Source: Oligoflexales bacterium (GTDB lineage: Bacteria; Bdellovibrionota_B; Oligoflexia; Oligoflexales; CAIYRB01). From it: a DNA stretch of 64,000 bases. The notes under the pieces were generated by a model, which saw only the letters and a list, made by a program, of their open reading frames with translations, made no database searches and was not told where the DNA came from. Position 1 is the stretch's first letter. Each line of letters starts with the position of its first letter. Position numbers and translations under genes: made by a program. Location of the stretch: assembly GCA_041736175.1 (NCBI GenBank), contig JBGSUI010000147.1, positions 1 through 64,000 of the forward strand, written 5' to 3'. Positions 7,850 to 17,378 of the stretch are shown here, piece by piece.

Positions 7850-10800
7850 ATGTTTAAAAGTGTCTTGATTGCCAACCGTGGCGCTATAGCCTGCCGTATG
7901 ATCAAAACCCTTAAAAAACTTGGAATCCGGGCCATCGCCGTCTATACCGAGGCCGATGCAGACTCGCTCCATGTCACCCAAGCCGATGCCGCCATAAGCC
8001 TTGGGGATGGTCCCGTCACAGAAACCTATCTCTCCATAGCTAATATCATCGCCGTCGCTAAAAACGCGGGCGCAGAAGCCATCCATCCGGGATATGGCTT
8101 TTTAAGCGAAAGCGCGGCTTTTGCTGAAGCATGTGACAAACAGGGAATCACCTTTATCGGCCCGCAACCCAGCCACATCCGCGCCTTTGGACTCAAGCAT
8201 ACGGCCCGCTCCCTTGCCCTGGCTGTGAAAATTCCTATTTTAGAAGGCACGGAGCTCTTACCAGATCTCAGCACAGCCCTAATGGCAGCCTCTCGGATTG
8301 GCTATCCCGTCATGTTAAAGAGCACGGCCGGGGGCGGGGGCATCGGTATGCGGGTTTGTGCCACAGACCAAGAGTTGAGAGATTCCTACGATGCAGTCCG
8401 GCGGTTAGCAGAAAATGCCTTTCACTGTGGCGATGTTTACCTTGAAAAATACATCAGGGTCGCTCGTCATATCGAAGTGCAAATCTTTGGAGATGGCAGA
8501 GGAACCGTCGTTTCTCTAGGAGAACGGGACTGCTCCGTCCAGCGACGCCAGCAAAAAGTCCTCGAAGAAACTCCAGCGCCTGACCTTGCGGATGAACTCC
8601 GACAGGAACTTATGACCACCGCCATAAGGCTTACCGCCAGCGTTGGTTACGCCTCAGCAGGTACCGTTGAGTTTCTCGTTGATGCTGACACCAAAGATTT
8701 TTATTTTCTTGAAGTCAACACCAGGCTTCAGGTGGAGCACGGCGTCACCGAGGAGGTGAGTGGCATTGATCTTATCGAATGGATGCTTAAGCAGGCCGCT
8801 GGTGAGCTGGATCTTTCGAAGTTCGTCTACAAACCAGAAGGAGTCTCCATCCAGGCCCGCCTTTATGCTGAGGACCCTCAGCATTCCTTTAGACCGAGTG
8901 CAGGACAGCTTACCGAAGCGACATTTCCAAAGGAAGTCGGCGGCTCGTGCCGTATAGAAACCTGGGTAGAGCGAGGGACCGAAGTATCTTCTCTCTATGA
9001 CGCCATGCTCGCTAAAATCATCGTCAAGGCTCCTAGCCGGCCAGAGGCCGTCGCTAAACTTGCGGCTGCTTTAGAGGCGACCCGCATCGCTGGTATCGAA
9101 TCAAACCGGGATTATTTGTGCCAAATCATAAACAGCGAGAGTTTTGCCAAAGGAGCGGTGTCGACCACATGGTTAGGTTCCTTTGCCTACCAACCCAAAA
9201 CCATCGACGTCCTTGAGCCGGGAACCCAAAGCAGTATCCAAGACTATCCTGGACGGGTCGGCTACTGGGCGATCGGCATCCCACCCTCTGGACCAATGGA
9301 CGACTATGGATTCCGGATGGCCAACGAACTGGTCGGTAACCCTGCATCGGCTGCCGCACTGGAGATGACCTTACGTGGGCCCACTCTAAGATTCAACATG
9401 GCCACCACCATCGCTCTGACGGGTGCGCAGATGAATGCTGATCTCGATGGCGTTGAGGTCCCCTTTTGGGAGTCGGTCAATGTGAGTGCAGGAAGTGTGC
9501 TCACCCTACGCAGTCTTGTGGGTAGCGGTTGCAGAACGTACCTTGCGGTAGGACATGGTGGTTTCGACGTGCCGGCATACTTGGGTAGCAAATCCACGTT
9601 TAGTCTCGGCAAATTCGGCGGTCACGGGGGTCGCACCCTGCGCCACGGAGATGTCTTGCATCTTTTCGCCCCCCAAGACCAGCTCCCCTCCCGTCGCGTT
9701 CCCGACTCCCTACGCCCTGCTCTTACGAATCATTGGAATATTATGGTGCTCTATGGGCCACACGGTGCGCCAGATTTTTTTACGGAAGAATTCATAAACA
9801 CATTTTTGATGACATTATGGACAGTCCATTATAATTCCAACCGCCTTGGCATCCGGCTGATGGGTCCAAAACCACAATTTTCGCGACCTGACGGCGGTGA
9901 AGCGGGCCTCCATCCTTCTAACATCCACGACAACGAGTATGCGATCGGCACCATAAACTTTACAGGCGACCTGCCCGTGATTTTAGCAAAAGACGGTCCA
10001 AGCCTCGGTGGGTTTGTCTGCCCAGTGACGATCATCAAAGCTGATCTGTGGAAAATCGGACAGCTAAGGCCTGGGGACCAGATTCGATTTGTCCGCTGTA
10101 CCTACGAGGAAGCCCTTGTGGCGGAACAACGGCAGGACGTTGCCATCAAGTCCGTGGGCGAAGACTCCCTACCCCATAATTCACTTTCACATAGCTCGGT
10201 TGCTATAGATTCCTTTCCATTGATAGCAGAGCCCTCCTCCGTAAGCGCGATCCTAGAGGCGGTAGCCCCGTCTCCTACCTGCCCTGGCGTCGTCTATCGC
10301 CAGGCTGGTGATCGGTATATTTTAATCGAATACGGTCCTGCTATCCTCGACCTGGACCTGCGTTTTCGCGTCCATGCATTGATGGCTTGGTTTGCATGCC
10401 ATCCCCTCCCAGGAATCATCGAGCTTTCGCCGGGAGTCCGTTCCTTGCAGGTTTATTTCGATCCTAAAACCCTATCTCGAAAAACCCTGCTCAATACTTT
10501 AATGGCAGCCGAAAAAGAACTGCCAGCCGCCGAGGATCTGGAGTTTCCCACACGCATCCTTAAGCTGCCCCTTGCCTTTGATGCCACGACCACCCGCGAA
10601 GCCATCGCAAAATACCAACAATCCGTGCGCAGGGAAGCTCCCTGGCTGCCGCAAAATACGGAGTTTATCCGCAGGATCAACGGTCTCGACAGCATCGACG
10701 CTGTGGAGGAAAAAATTTTTGATGCCCGGTACCTCGTCCTAGGACTTGGCGATGTTTACCTTGGAGCCCCTTGCGCCGTGCCCCTTGACCCACGCCACCG

Positions 10801-11518
10801 CTTGGTCACCACTAAGTATAACCCAGCACGGACCTGGACCGCTGAGGGAGAGGTTGGTATCGGCGGGGTTTATATGTGTATCTATGGTATGGAAAGCCCT
10901 GGGGGGTATCAGTTAGTCGGACGTACAGTGCCCGTTTGGAACACCCACCGCGTAACGCGAGAGACCCAACCGGGACAACCCTGGCTCCTACGCTTTTTTG
11001 ACCAGGTCCAATTTTTTCCCATGGCCGAAAAAGATCTTTTAGATTTCAGAAGAGAGTTTGTCCGAGGCCGCGTGAGCTTGGATATCCAGCACGAGACCTT
11101 TCGAGTGCGGGATTACCACAGCTTTTTGCAACATGAAGCTGAGAGTATCGCTACTTTCAAGGCTCGCCAACAAATCGCCTTTGAGAGTGAACGAGACCGA
11201 TGGGCTGAGGCTGGGTCGGTCGAGATAGAGTCGTCTCCGGAAAAATTTTCATTGGACACGACCATCACGGAGCCCCAGGATCAATTAGAGGGTGATACTG
11301 GACGTATGATCGGCGCTTCAATCGCCGGAAGCATTTGGTCTATCAACGTAAAGCCTGGTGACTTCGTCCAAGCGGGGCAATGTGTCGCTGTCATAGAAGC
11401 TATGAAGATGGAAGTCGCCGTAGAAGCTGAGTCTGCGGGTGTGGTCAAGTCGATCAACGTCGCCAAAGGCAAAGTCGTCAACGCTGGACACCCGCTTATG
11501 ACCATAGAAGGTATTTGA
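7850..11518 (+). CDS. uca: Urea carboxylase (biotin carboxylase + carboxyltransferase + biotin carrier)
   Basis: VLIANRGAIA, GGGGIGM, FLEVNTRLQVEH, GEAGLHPSNIHD, GLGDVYLGAP, TTKYNPART, C-terminal EAMKME. ATG 7850 follows a GAGG SD. Confidence 0.95.
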   Translation: MFKSVLIANRGAIACRMIKTLKKLGIRAIAVYTEADADSLHVTQADAAISLGDGPVTETYLSIANIIAVAKNAGAEAIHPGYGFLSESAAFAEACDKQGITFIGPQPSHIRAFGLKHTARSLALAVKIPILEGTELLPDLSTALMAASRIGYPVMLKSTAGGGGIGMRVCATDQELRDSYDAVRRLAENAFHCGDVYLEKYIRVARHIEVQIFGDGRGTVVSLGERDCSVQRRQQKVLEETPAPDLADELRQELMTTAIRLTASVGYASAGTVEFLVDADTKDFYFLEVNTRLQVEHGVTEEVSGIDLIEWMLKQAAGELDLSKFVYKPEGVSIQARLYAEDPQHSFRPSAGQLTEATFPKEVGGSCRIETWVERGTEVSSLYDAMLAKIIVKAPSRPEAVAKLAAALEATRIAGIESNRDYLCQIINSESFAKGAVSTTWLGSFAYQPKTIDVLEPGTQSSIQDYPGRVGYWAIGIPPSGPMDDYGFRMANELVGNPASAAALEMTLRGPTLRFNMATTIALTGAQMNADLDGVEVPFWESVNVSAGSVLTLRSLVGSGCRTYLAVGHGGFDVPAYLGSKSTFSLGKFGGHGGRTLRHGDVLHLFAPQDQLPSRRVPDSLRPALTNHWNIMVLYGPHGAPDFFTEEFINTFLMTLWTVHYNSNRLGIRLMGPKPQFSRPDGGEAGLHPSNIHDNEYAIGTINFTGDLPVILAKDGPSLGGFVCPVTIIKADLWKIGQLRPGDQIRFVRCTYEEALVAEQRQDVAIKSVGEDSLPHNSLSHSSVAIDSFPLIAEPSSVSAILEAVAPSPTCPGVVYRQAGDRYILIEYGPAILDLDLRFRVHALMAWFACHPLPGIIELSPGVRSLQVYFDPKTLSRKTLLNTLMAAEKELPAAEDLEFPTRILKLPLAFDATTTREAIAKYQQSVRREAPWLPQNTEFIRRINGLDSIDAVEEKIFDARYLVLGLGDVYLGAPCAVPLDPRHRLVTTKYNPARTWTAEGEVGIGGVYMCIYGMESPGGYQLVGRTVPVWNTHRVTRETQPGQPWLLRFFDQVQFFPMAEKDLLDFRREFVRGRVSLDIQHETFRVRDYHSFLQHEAESIATFKARQQIAFESERDRWAEAGSVEIESSPEKFSLDTTITEPQDQLEGDTGRMIGASIAGSIWSINVKPGDFVQAGQCVAVIEAMKMEVAVEAESAGVVKSINVAKGKVVNAGHPLMTIEGI

Positions 11519-11542
11519 TTTGAGTATCGAGGAGATCATAAC

Positions 11543-13402
11543 ATGGAGAGTTCTATCAGCTTGGATCTAACGTCGCTCCGTGGGGCCTATCATTCAAAAA
11601 GCCTTACGCCCGTAGACATCGTTAAGATCATCTACAAGCGGATCGCGGCCCGGGGCAAAGACGCCGTTTGGATCCATCTTCTGCCTAAGGCACAGGTGCT
11701 GGAAGCTGCGACAAAGCTCCAGCTGCGCTTTGAAAAAGGTGAAGATCTCCCGCTTTTCGGTGTACCCTTTGCGGTCAAAGATAACCTTGACGTAGCGGGC
11801 CTGCCGACCACGGCTGCTTGCCCTGAATTTGCCTACAAAGCCACCAAATCCTCGCCCCTCGTCGACCGACTCCTCGCCGCCGGGGCCCTGCTTATTGGCA
11901 AGACAAACCTAGATCAGTTTGCCACTGGCCTCGTCGGCACCAGGTCACCCTATGGTGTGCCGCGCTGCGTTTTTAATCCGGAGTATATCTCGGGAGGTTC
12001 CAGCTCTGGATCTGCCGTGGCGGTCGCAGCTGGCCTCGTATCCTTTGCTCTAGGTACTGACACAGCAGGGTCGGGAAGAGTCCCAGCGGCCTTCAACAAT
12101 ATCGTGGGATGGAAACCTACCCGAGGTCTGCTCTCCACCCGAGGGTTAGTGCCAGCATGCCGCACCCTCGACTGTGTGACAGTGCTTTCCCTCACCTGCG
12201 ACGATGCCCTACAGATCGGACAGATCTTACAAGGTTATGACGCCGAGGATCCTTGGAGCAGGGTCTCCCCTGGCAGACTTCCACCTTGGCCGACGCCTTT
12301 TCGGTATGGAGTACCCGCGCCACACCAGCTCTCTTTTTTTGGAGATGCGGAAGCGCAAAAACTCTTTAAACAGGCTTTAACCAGCCTTGAAGAATGTGGC
12401 GGTCGTCCTACCGAAATCGACTTCGAGCCTTTTGCCGAGGCCGCCTCGCTGCTTTACAGTGGCCCTTGGGTCGCCGAACGCCTGGCAGCCATCGAGTCTT
12501 TTTGGGGGGAACATCCGGACGCTCTCCTCAAGGTGACCGCTTCGATCATTCGCGGCGCCACCAAATGGCAAGCCACCGATGTCTTTAAAGCCATCTACCA
12601 GCTTGAAGAACTAAAACGCCGCACGGCCGCTACCTGGAAAAAGATCGATGTTATGGTGTTGCCGACGACAGGGACCATCTATACGGTGGCGATGGTGGAT
12701 AAAGATCCGATCCAACTCAATTCCAATTTAGGTCACTACACAAACTTTGCCAATCTCCTAGATCTTGCCGCCGTCGCCGTTCCTGCTAGCTTTCGGCCAA
12801 ACGGTCTGCCATTTGGCATCAGTCTTTTAGCGCCGGCCTTTAGGGACGAAGCCCTCTGTGCCCTTGGAGGACGCTTTCATAGCACCCTAGGTGGATCGAT
12901 GGGGGCGACTGGACATCCCGTCATCTCACCGGGTTCAGGAGATCTGCCGTGGGATGTGGAAAAGAAGGACAGGGAAACCCGCTATGAGCTCGCCGTCGTG
13001 GGCGCCCATCTCACGGGAGAACCTCTCAATCATCAACTCACATCGAGAGGCGGCTACCTGGTTAAAGCCACCCGCACGGCCACCGACTACAAGCTTTTTG
13101 CTTTGTCCGGGACCACACCCCCCAAGCCAGGGCTGGTCCATACCCCTGGGTTTACCGGACCTGGCATAGACGTAGAAATTTGGTCCCTGAATGACGCAAC
13201 CTTCGGCGCCTTTGTCCACGAAGTCCCACCGCCCCTTGCGATCGGCAACGCCCGGTTAGCGTCAGGTTCTCTGGTTAAATGTTTTGTCTGTGAGCCATCG
13301 GCTTTAGAAGGAGCTGTCGACATCACTCCATTTGGTGGCTGGCGCGCCTACCGGAGACAGAGTACGACTGCAAATGGAGCCATTGGATCTCGTCAAGTAT
13401 GA
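11543..13402 (+). CDS. atzF: Allophanate hydrolase
   Basis: Amidase signature VKDN, GKTNLDQFATGLVGTRSPYG, GGSSSGS, GTDTAGSGRVPA. C-terminal domain AVVGAHLTGEPLNHQL...PPKPGL...FGGWRAY. Confidence 0.95.
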   Translation: MESSISLDLTSLRGAYHSKSLTPVDIVKIIYKRIAARGKDAVWIHLLPKAQVLEAATKLQLRFEKGEDLPLFGVPFAVKDNLDVAGLPTTAACPEFAYKATKSSPLVDRLLAAGALLIGKTNLDQFATGLVGTRSPYGVPRCVFNPEYISGGSSSGSAVAVAAGLVSFALGTDTAGSGRVPAAFNNIVGWKPTRGLLSTRGLVPACRTLDCVTVLSLTCDDALQIGQILQGYDAEDPWSRVSPGRLPPWPTPFRYGVPAPHQLSFFGDAEAQKLFKQALTSLEECGGRPTEIDFEPFAEAASLLYSGPWVAERLAAIESFWGEHPDALLKVTASIIRGATKWQATDVFKAIYQLEELKRRTAATWKKIDVMVLPTTGTIYTVAMVDKDPIQLNSNLGHYTNFANLLDLAAVAVPASFRPNGLPFGISLLAPAFRDEALCALGGRFHSTLGGSMGATGHPVISPGSGDLPWDVEKKDRETRYELAVVGAHLTGEPLNHQLTSRGGYLVKATRTATDYKLFALSGTTPPKPGLVHTPGFTGPGIDVEIWSLNDATFGAFVHEVPPPLAIGNARLASGSLVKCFVCEPSALEGAVDITPFGGWRAYRRQSTTANGAIGSRQV

Positions 13403-13448
13403 TACCCACCATGAGATGGTCTCCAGATAACTAAGCCCATATTTAGTT

Positions 13449-15029
13449 TTAGGTGCCTTCGGGATCACAGTAGGAGCAGATACCTCGCGCGCGCCGGCGA
13501 GCACCACGCAGGACGGTCTTACCCTTAGGATTGAGGCAGGCTTCGCTTTGGCAAAACTCTGGAGTCGCGCCTACCATAGAGCCAAGGCTTACCGGCAGCG
13601 GGACAGTTCGAGCGGTTTGCACTGAAGAACCCAGGTCGCCTGATACCGGTGAACCGACGATCACTGCTATGCGGCTCGCAGCAAGTTCAAATAGGGTTTC
13701 GACTCTGCCCTGATCAATGGCGTAGGCACGCGCGAGTTCGATCAGCAGAGAACGTTTGTCCCGTATTTCGGCGATAAATAGGTCGATCTCCCTTGTGCGA
13801 AGGTTCAGGAGCTCAGCAAGATCGTCGAAGTTTTTGCGAGCAAACCCCTTAGTCTTTCCTCCAAGCGGAAGGCCTAGTTCGTCTCCATCGTCTGTGTAAA
13901 GAAGGCAGGGGACTATGTCGTAGAGAGCGGCGAGAGAGAAGGCAAAACATCCCTCGTGGTCGCGCTCCCAGATGATCGAATGGTTTTTAAGATGCGCATC
14001 GGTATTCCCGAAGATGTAGTTGAAGATAGTCGCCCGAAGAAAGCGCAACCGCGAAGAGCGGCTCCTGATCTTGTCGGCAAGTCGATGCATAAGCGTACGG
14101 GCGATAGCCTCGTGGGACCCGTTGTAGGTGTGCCCGACCCCTCGCGTATCGCCAGTTGCCTGTGCGAGGTCCTCAGCGTGGATGAGGGATCCGTCGGTTG
14201 CCCGGTCGAAACGCCGTGTGATGAAGGCATCGGTACCGTCGCGGAGTTTGATAAAACCAGTGGGCGCGACCCCGAGACCGACAGCGTCAGCAAAGCGCAT
14301 GATCACGTGCTCGACGCGCGGCAAATCTTTGATCTCAGGATGATTCGGCTGCATCGGTTTGACGATATATGAAAAGCCAGGCACGACCATTGCCTTGTCA
14401 CGATAGCGGTATTTCATAGAGAACTTTTCCTGCGAACCAGTGACGCTCTCGCCCCGAGCGAGATGCTCTTCGGCGATCCGTCGCAGATTTTGTCGATCGA
14501 CATCGATCTCGGGTGGCGTTTCCGTGCCGAAGAACGAGATCGAACAGCGCGCGTGGAACCCCCCATTGTCTCCGCGGCGAACCAGGCGCTTTCCGCAGAG
14601 GCCACAGTGGAGAAGGTCATAGGAACTTCTCCCCGCAACTCCCTCCCGCGCGACGTCTTTGGCGAAGTCCGCCTGCTTGGCAAACTCTCCATCCCGCCGG
14701 AGGGAAACCGCGCCAAGGGTGTCACGACAGAGCTCGTAAAGAAGATCCAGCTTATCGGCACGCTCCACCCGACGCATAGAACGCGCAACGTCAAGGAGCC
14801 AGCCCTCCGGCAGGAGGTTTTCGAAGTAGTGGGGCAATGTTGCAAACTGGCCACCAAAGTCATCTCGTATATTTGTGAAGGCGGGCCCGAGTGGAAGCGA
14901 TAAGGATAGCGGGTGGGGCGGGGTCGCGTCCTTGTCGTATTCAAAGACGTAAGCAGTCCCGTCAAACGTGATCGTCCCGATCGGTCGGCCATAGAGCAAT
15001 ACTTTTAAGTGCTTCATAGCGTTCACCAC
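13449..15029 (-). CDS. HipA-family Ser/Thr kinase toxin; apparent HipS-HipT fusion with Cys-rich C-terminal extension
   Basis: N-terminal HipA_N/HipS-like domain (LSLSLP, YFENLLPEGWLL, DTLGAV). Kinase motifs SVTGSQEK, RRFDR, HAED, GNTDAHLKN, LYD. Confidence 0.88.
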   Translation of the reverse strand: MVNAMKHLKVLLYGRPIGTITFDGTAYVFEYDKDATPPHPLSLSLPLGPAFTNIRDDFGGQFATLPHYFENLLPEGWLLDVARSMRRVERADKLDLLYELCRDTLGAVSLRRDGEFAKQADFAKDVAREGVAGRSSYDLLHCGLCGKRLVRRGDNGGFHARCSISFFGTETPPEIDVDRQNLRRIAEEHLARGESVTGSQEKFSMKYRYRDKAMVVPGFSYIVKPMQPNHPEIKDLPRVEHVIMRFADAVGLGVAPTGFIKLRDGTDAFITRRFDRATDGSLIHAEDLAQATGDTRGVGHTYNGSHEAIARTLMHRLADKIRSRSSRLRFLRATIFNYIFGNTDAHLKNHSIIWERDHEGCFAFSLAALYDIVPCLLYTDDGDELGLPLGGKTKGFARKNFDDLAELLNLRTREIDLFIAEIRDKRSLLIELARAYAIDQGRVETLFELAASRIAVIVGSPVSGDLGSSVQTARTVPLPVSLGSMVGATPEFCQSEACLNPKGKTVLRGARRRARGICSYCDPEGT

Positions 15030-15322
15030 TTTGCCAGGCGGTCGTCGGCATCACCAAGGGACAGTGACGGGGGCCCAAGATTGACGGCGGAGAGGCTCAT
15101 ACCAAAGAAGTTGAGGAGCCGTTCCAGATTTCTAGCGGAGATCCTAAGATCCCCCTTCTCCACCCGTGCGATCGTTGTGACAGAGAGGCCCACCTGCCTT
15201 GCAAGCGTCGCTTGGGTGTGGTTGGTGTCGAGCCTAAGTCTCAGGACGGTCTCGGAGATGGGAGGGAGCGTTTCGGCCCTTCGGCGTCGGCGAGGAGCTG
15301 CGGCTTTCTTGTTCGATTCCAC
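15023..15322 (-). CDS. HipB-like XRE HTH antitoxin
   Basis: TQATLARQVGLSVTTIARVEKG HTH. Overlaps the start of the HipA-family gene. Confidence 0.85.
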   Translation of the reverse strand: MESNKKAAAPRRRRRAETLPPISETVLRLRLDTNHTQATLARQVGLSVTTIARVEKGDLRISARNLERLLNFFGMSLSAVNLGPPSLSLGDADDRLAKW

Positions 15323-15761
15323 TTGTGATCCCCTCGCATGTATCTTGGTAATCTCCTAAATATACTATTCGGACTGATAGCGCCTAAGTCTTAGCTTATC
15401 AATCCTAATAAGGACGATAACATAAAATGCTCAATGAATACAATTGAGTCATAGGCAAACGCAAGCACCAGGATTGACTCTTATCCATCCGAATTAGATG
15501 TATAGAAATAAAAATAGACCCTTATCGGTCAAATATAACAGATAATTGCTATTCACGGCAGCAAGCTGGCCTGGCAGTGGGTTCGGTATTGCTTAGAAGA
15601 TTACAAGAGATGGCCGCTGGAATCACACAGAACAAACTAAGGGTTTGGATAAATATATGTCACTCCGCCTCATGGGAGCTGCTCAACGCCAGGCTCCAGT
15701 AGGTGCAGGAAAGCTTCTTTGAAGCGCAAAGAAAATAGAATGTTACGATTGAAAAGCTATA

Positions 15762-15804
15762 GGTGCCACCTTGCGTGATCCTTTGCTTCGCTCAGGATGG
15801 CACC
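15762..15804. repeat. Imperfect palindrome, REP-like
   Basis: Outer arms GGTGCCA/TGGCACC enclose GATCCTTTGCTTCGCTCAGGATG, which resembles the GATCCTTCGCTTCGCTCAGGATGAC type of dispersed bacterial palindrome (recalled, not searched). Confidence 0.45.
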
Positions 15805-15864
15805 AGCGATTTACAACAGATTATTGAGAAGTTATGATTGATTGCCCTATATATCACTTGGGAT

Positions 15865-16302
15865 TCAAGGAAGAGCATTTACAACAGGATAACTGGTATC
15901 AATCGCCCGAATATGATTACTACGTACATATCCTAGACCATGAGGCGTAAAATCCTTAGTGTAGGTACCTTTATAGCAAGCACTTTCACTTTCACCGGTA
16001 TATGGCATAAATACGGGGGTCGAATAAGGCGGGCATTGATGGGTAAGGTTCCACTCTGCGAGCCATTTCTCTCTGTCGGACGCATTTTTCCAAGAATCCA
16101 ATTCTTCTTGAGAGTAGATGGGAACTGGTCTGTTCATATTTTCAGCACTGCTGGCCGACTCCGATGAATCGGCTGTATCAGCCGTCTGAACTGTACTTTG
16201 ACTACCTAGGCTTTTACAACTACTCGTCACAACTAGGATTACAGGGGTGCAAAGTAACACCATCAATCTACCAACATTGAGATTCAAAATCGAGATACTC
16301 AT
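15865..16302 (-). CDS. Hypothetical lipoprotein
   Basis: Hydrophobic N-terminus ending VTSSC, then a Ser/Thr-rich linker. AAAGGAAA SD and a sigma54-like motif upstream. Confidence 0.6.
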   Translation of the reverse strand: MSISILNLNVGRLMVLLCTPVILVVTSSCKSLGSQSTVQTADTADSSESASSAENMNRPVPIYSQEELDSWKNASDREKWLAEWNLTHQCPPYSTPVFMPYTGESESACYKGTYTKDFTPHGLGYVRSNHIRAIDTSYPVVNALP

Positions 16303-16379
16303 GATAACTTTCCTTTCAAATAGATTTTGTTTGTTGAGATCATTAAAACTTGATTTGCAAATAAGTCATATTTAATAAA

Positions 16380-16394
16380 GCATAAAATGTGCCA
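16380..16394 (-). promoter_or_regulatory. Putative sigma54 -24/-12 promoter
   Basis: Minus strand TGGCAC-ATTTT-ATGC, about 80 nt upstream of ATG 16302. Confidence 0.55.
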
Positions 16395-16726
16395 TCGTTT
16401 TCGAACCACACTTGACTGATCATTTTGACGTAAATTTAAACAGTTATGATGCTTGGAGAGAGAGAGAGAGAGCCAGGGCTTAGACTATTGTCAAAATTTC
16501 ATTCAATTAATTAAAAAATTACCCCCCCAAGGTGCGGTGACCAAGGAAATCCGAGGAGTGGTGCGGTGTAAGGTGTGTGGCGTGGTCATCCGCAAAGAAT
16601 CAAAAACGATCAAAGCTGCTATGGTAGCCGCGCTATGCTCAAAACATCGTCGACAGTTCACGCGACTAAACTAAACAGCTGCGATATCGTGTTCCTGGGA
16701 ATCCTTGTCGCCAGCACCCAGGAGGA

Positions 16727-17303
16727 TCACGATGACTTGACATCACCTGACCAGGGGCTGGGCTTACCGAGGGTTTCAAAAGATCCCGTGACTTCCTGAA
16801 TGGTTTCTTCCATTGCTTTGATTCTTATTTTTTTTACGGAAGGTTGTAAACCCTCAAAAAATTCGCCACGACCTTCAGCAAAGGCCATCAAGACCTCTTC
16901 GGTGCAAAAATAGTTTTCAATCTCCCGCTTTTTCCACATACATTCAATAAGCGGACCAGATTGATTTAGCTTTTTATCCAGCCTATCGAAAATAAGTATC
17001 CCGCTTAAATCATCTTTGCCCTCTCTTAGACCATAGAAATGGTCCCGGGCTTTTTGAGGTACATTTGTTGAAACATAGTGAACAAAAGCCGTTCCCAAAA
17101 TATCCTCAGCTGGATGTTTGAGGATCCAACCACCTTTTTCATGCCACAGACGACAGCCGACAGCCGACAGACCATAAAGCAAGTCCTTGAAGGGCCGTTG
17201 TCTTGCCAGAGTTGTTTGGTCCGATAAAAACCACATTCTCGCCGAGTTCAATAACAGCTTCCTCAAACAGTTTAAAATTTCTGATAGTAAGTCTTGTCAA
17301 CAT
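16727..17303 (-). pseudogene. AAA ATPase / TOPRIM-like (OLD-like) gene remnant with frameshift and large internal deletion
   Basis: MLTRLTIRNFKLF...IGPNNSGKTT (Walker A) runs into a (CGACAGC)n repeat. The other frame continues ...IFDRLD...WKKREIENYF. No ABC signature or Walker B region is present. Confidence 0.75.
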
Positions 17304-17378
17304 ATTCGTAAGCCATTTCTCGCACTCGGAAAAGTGAGTGTCGTCCGCTGGTAACATGACCTTTTTGCTATGAGAAGC

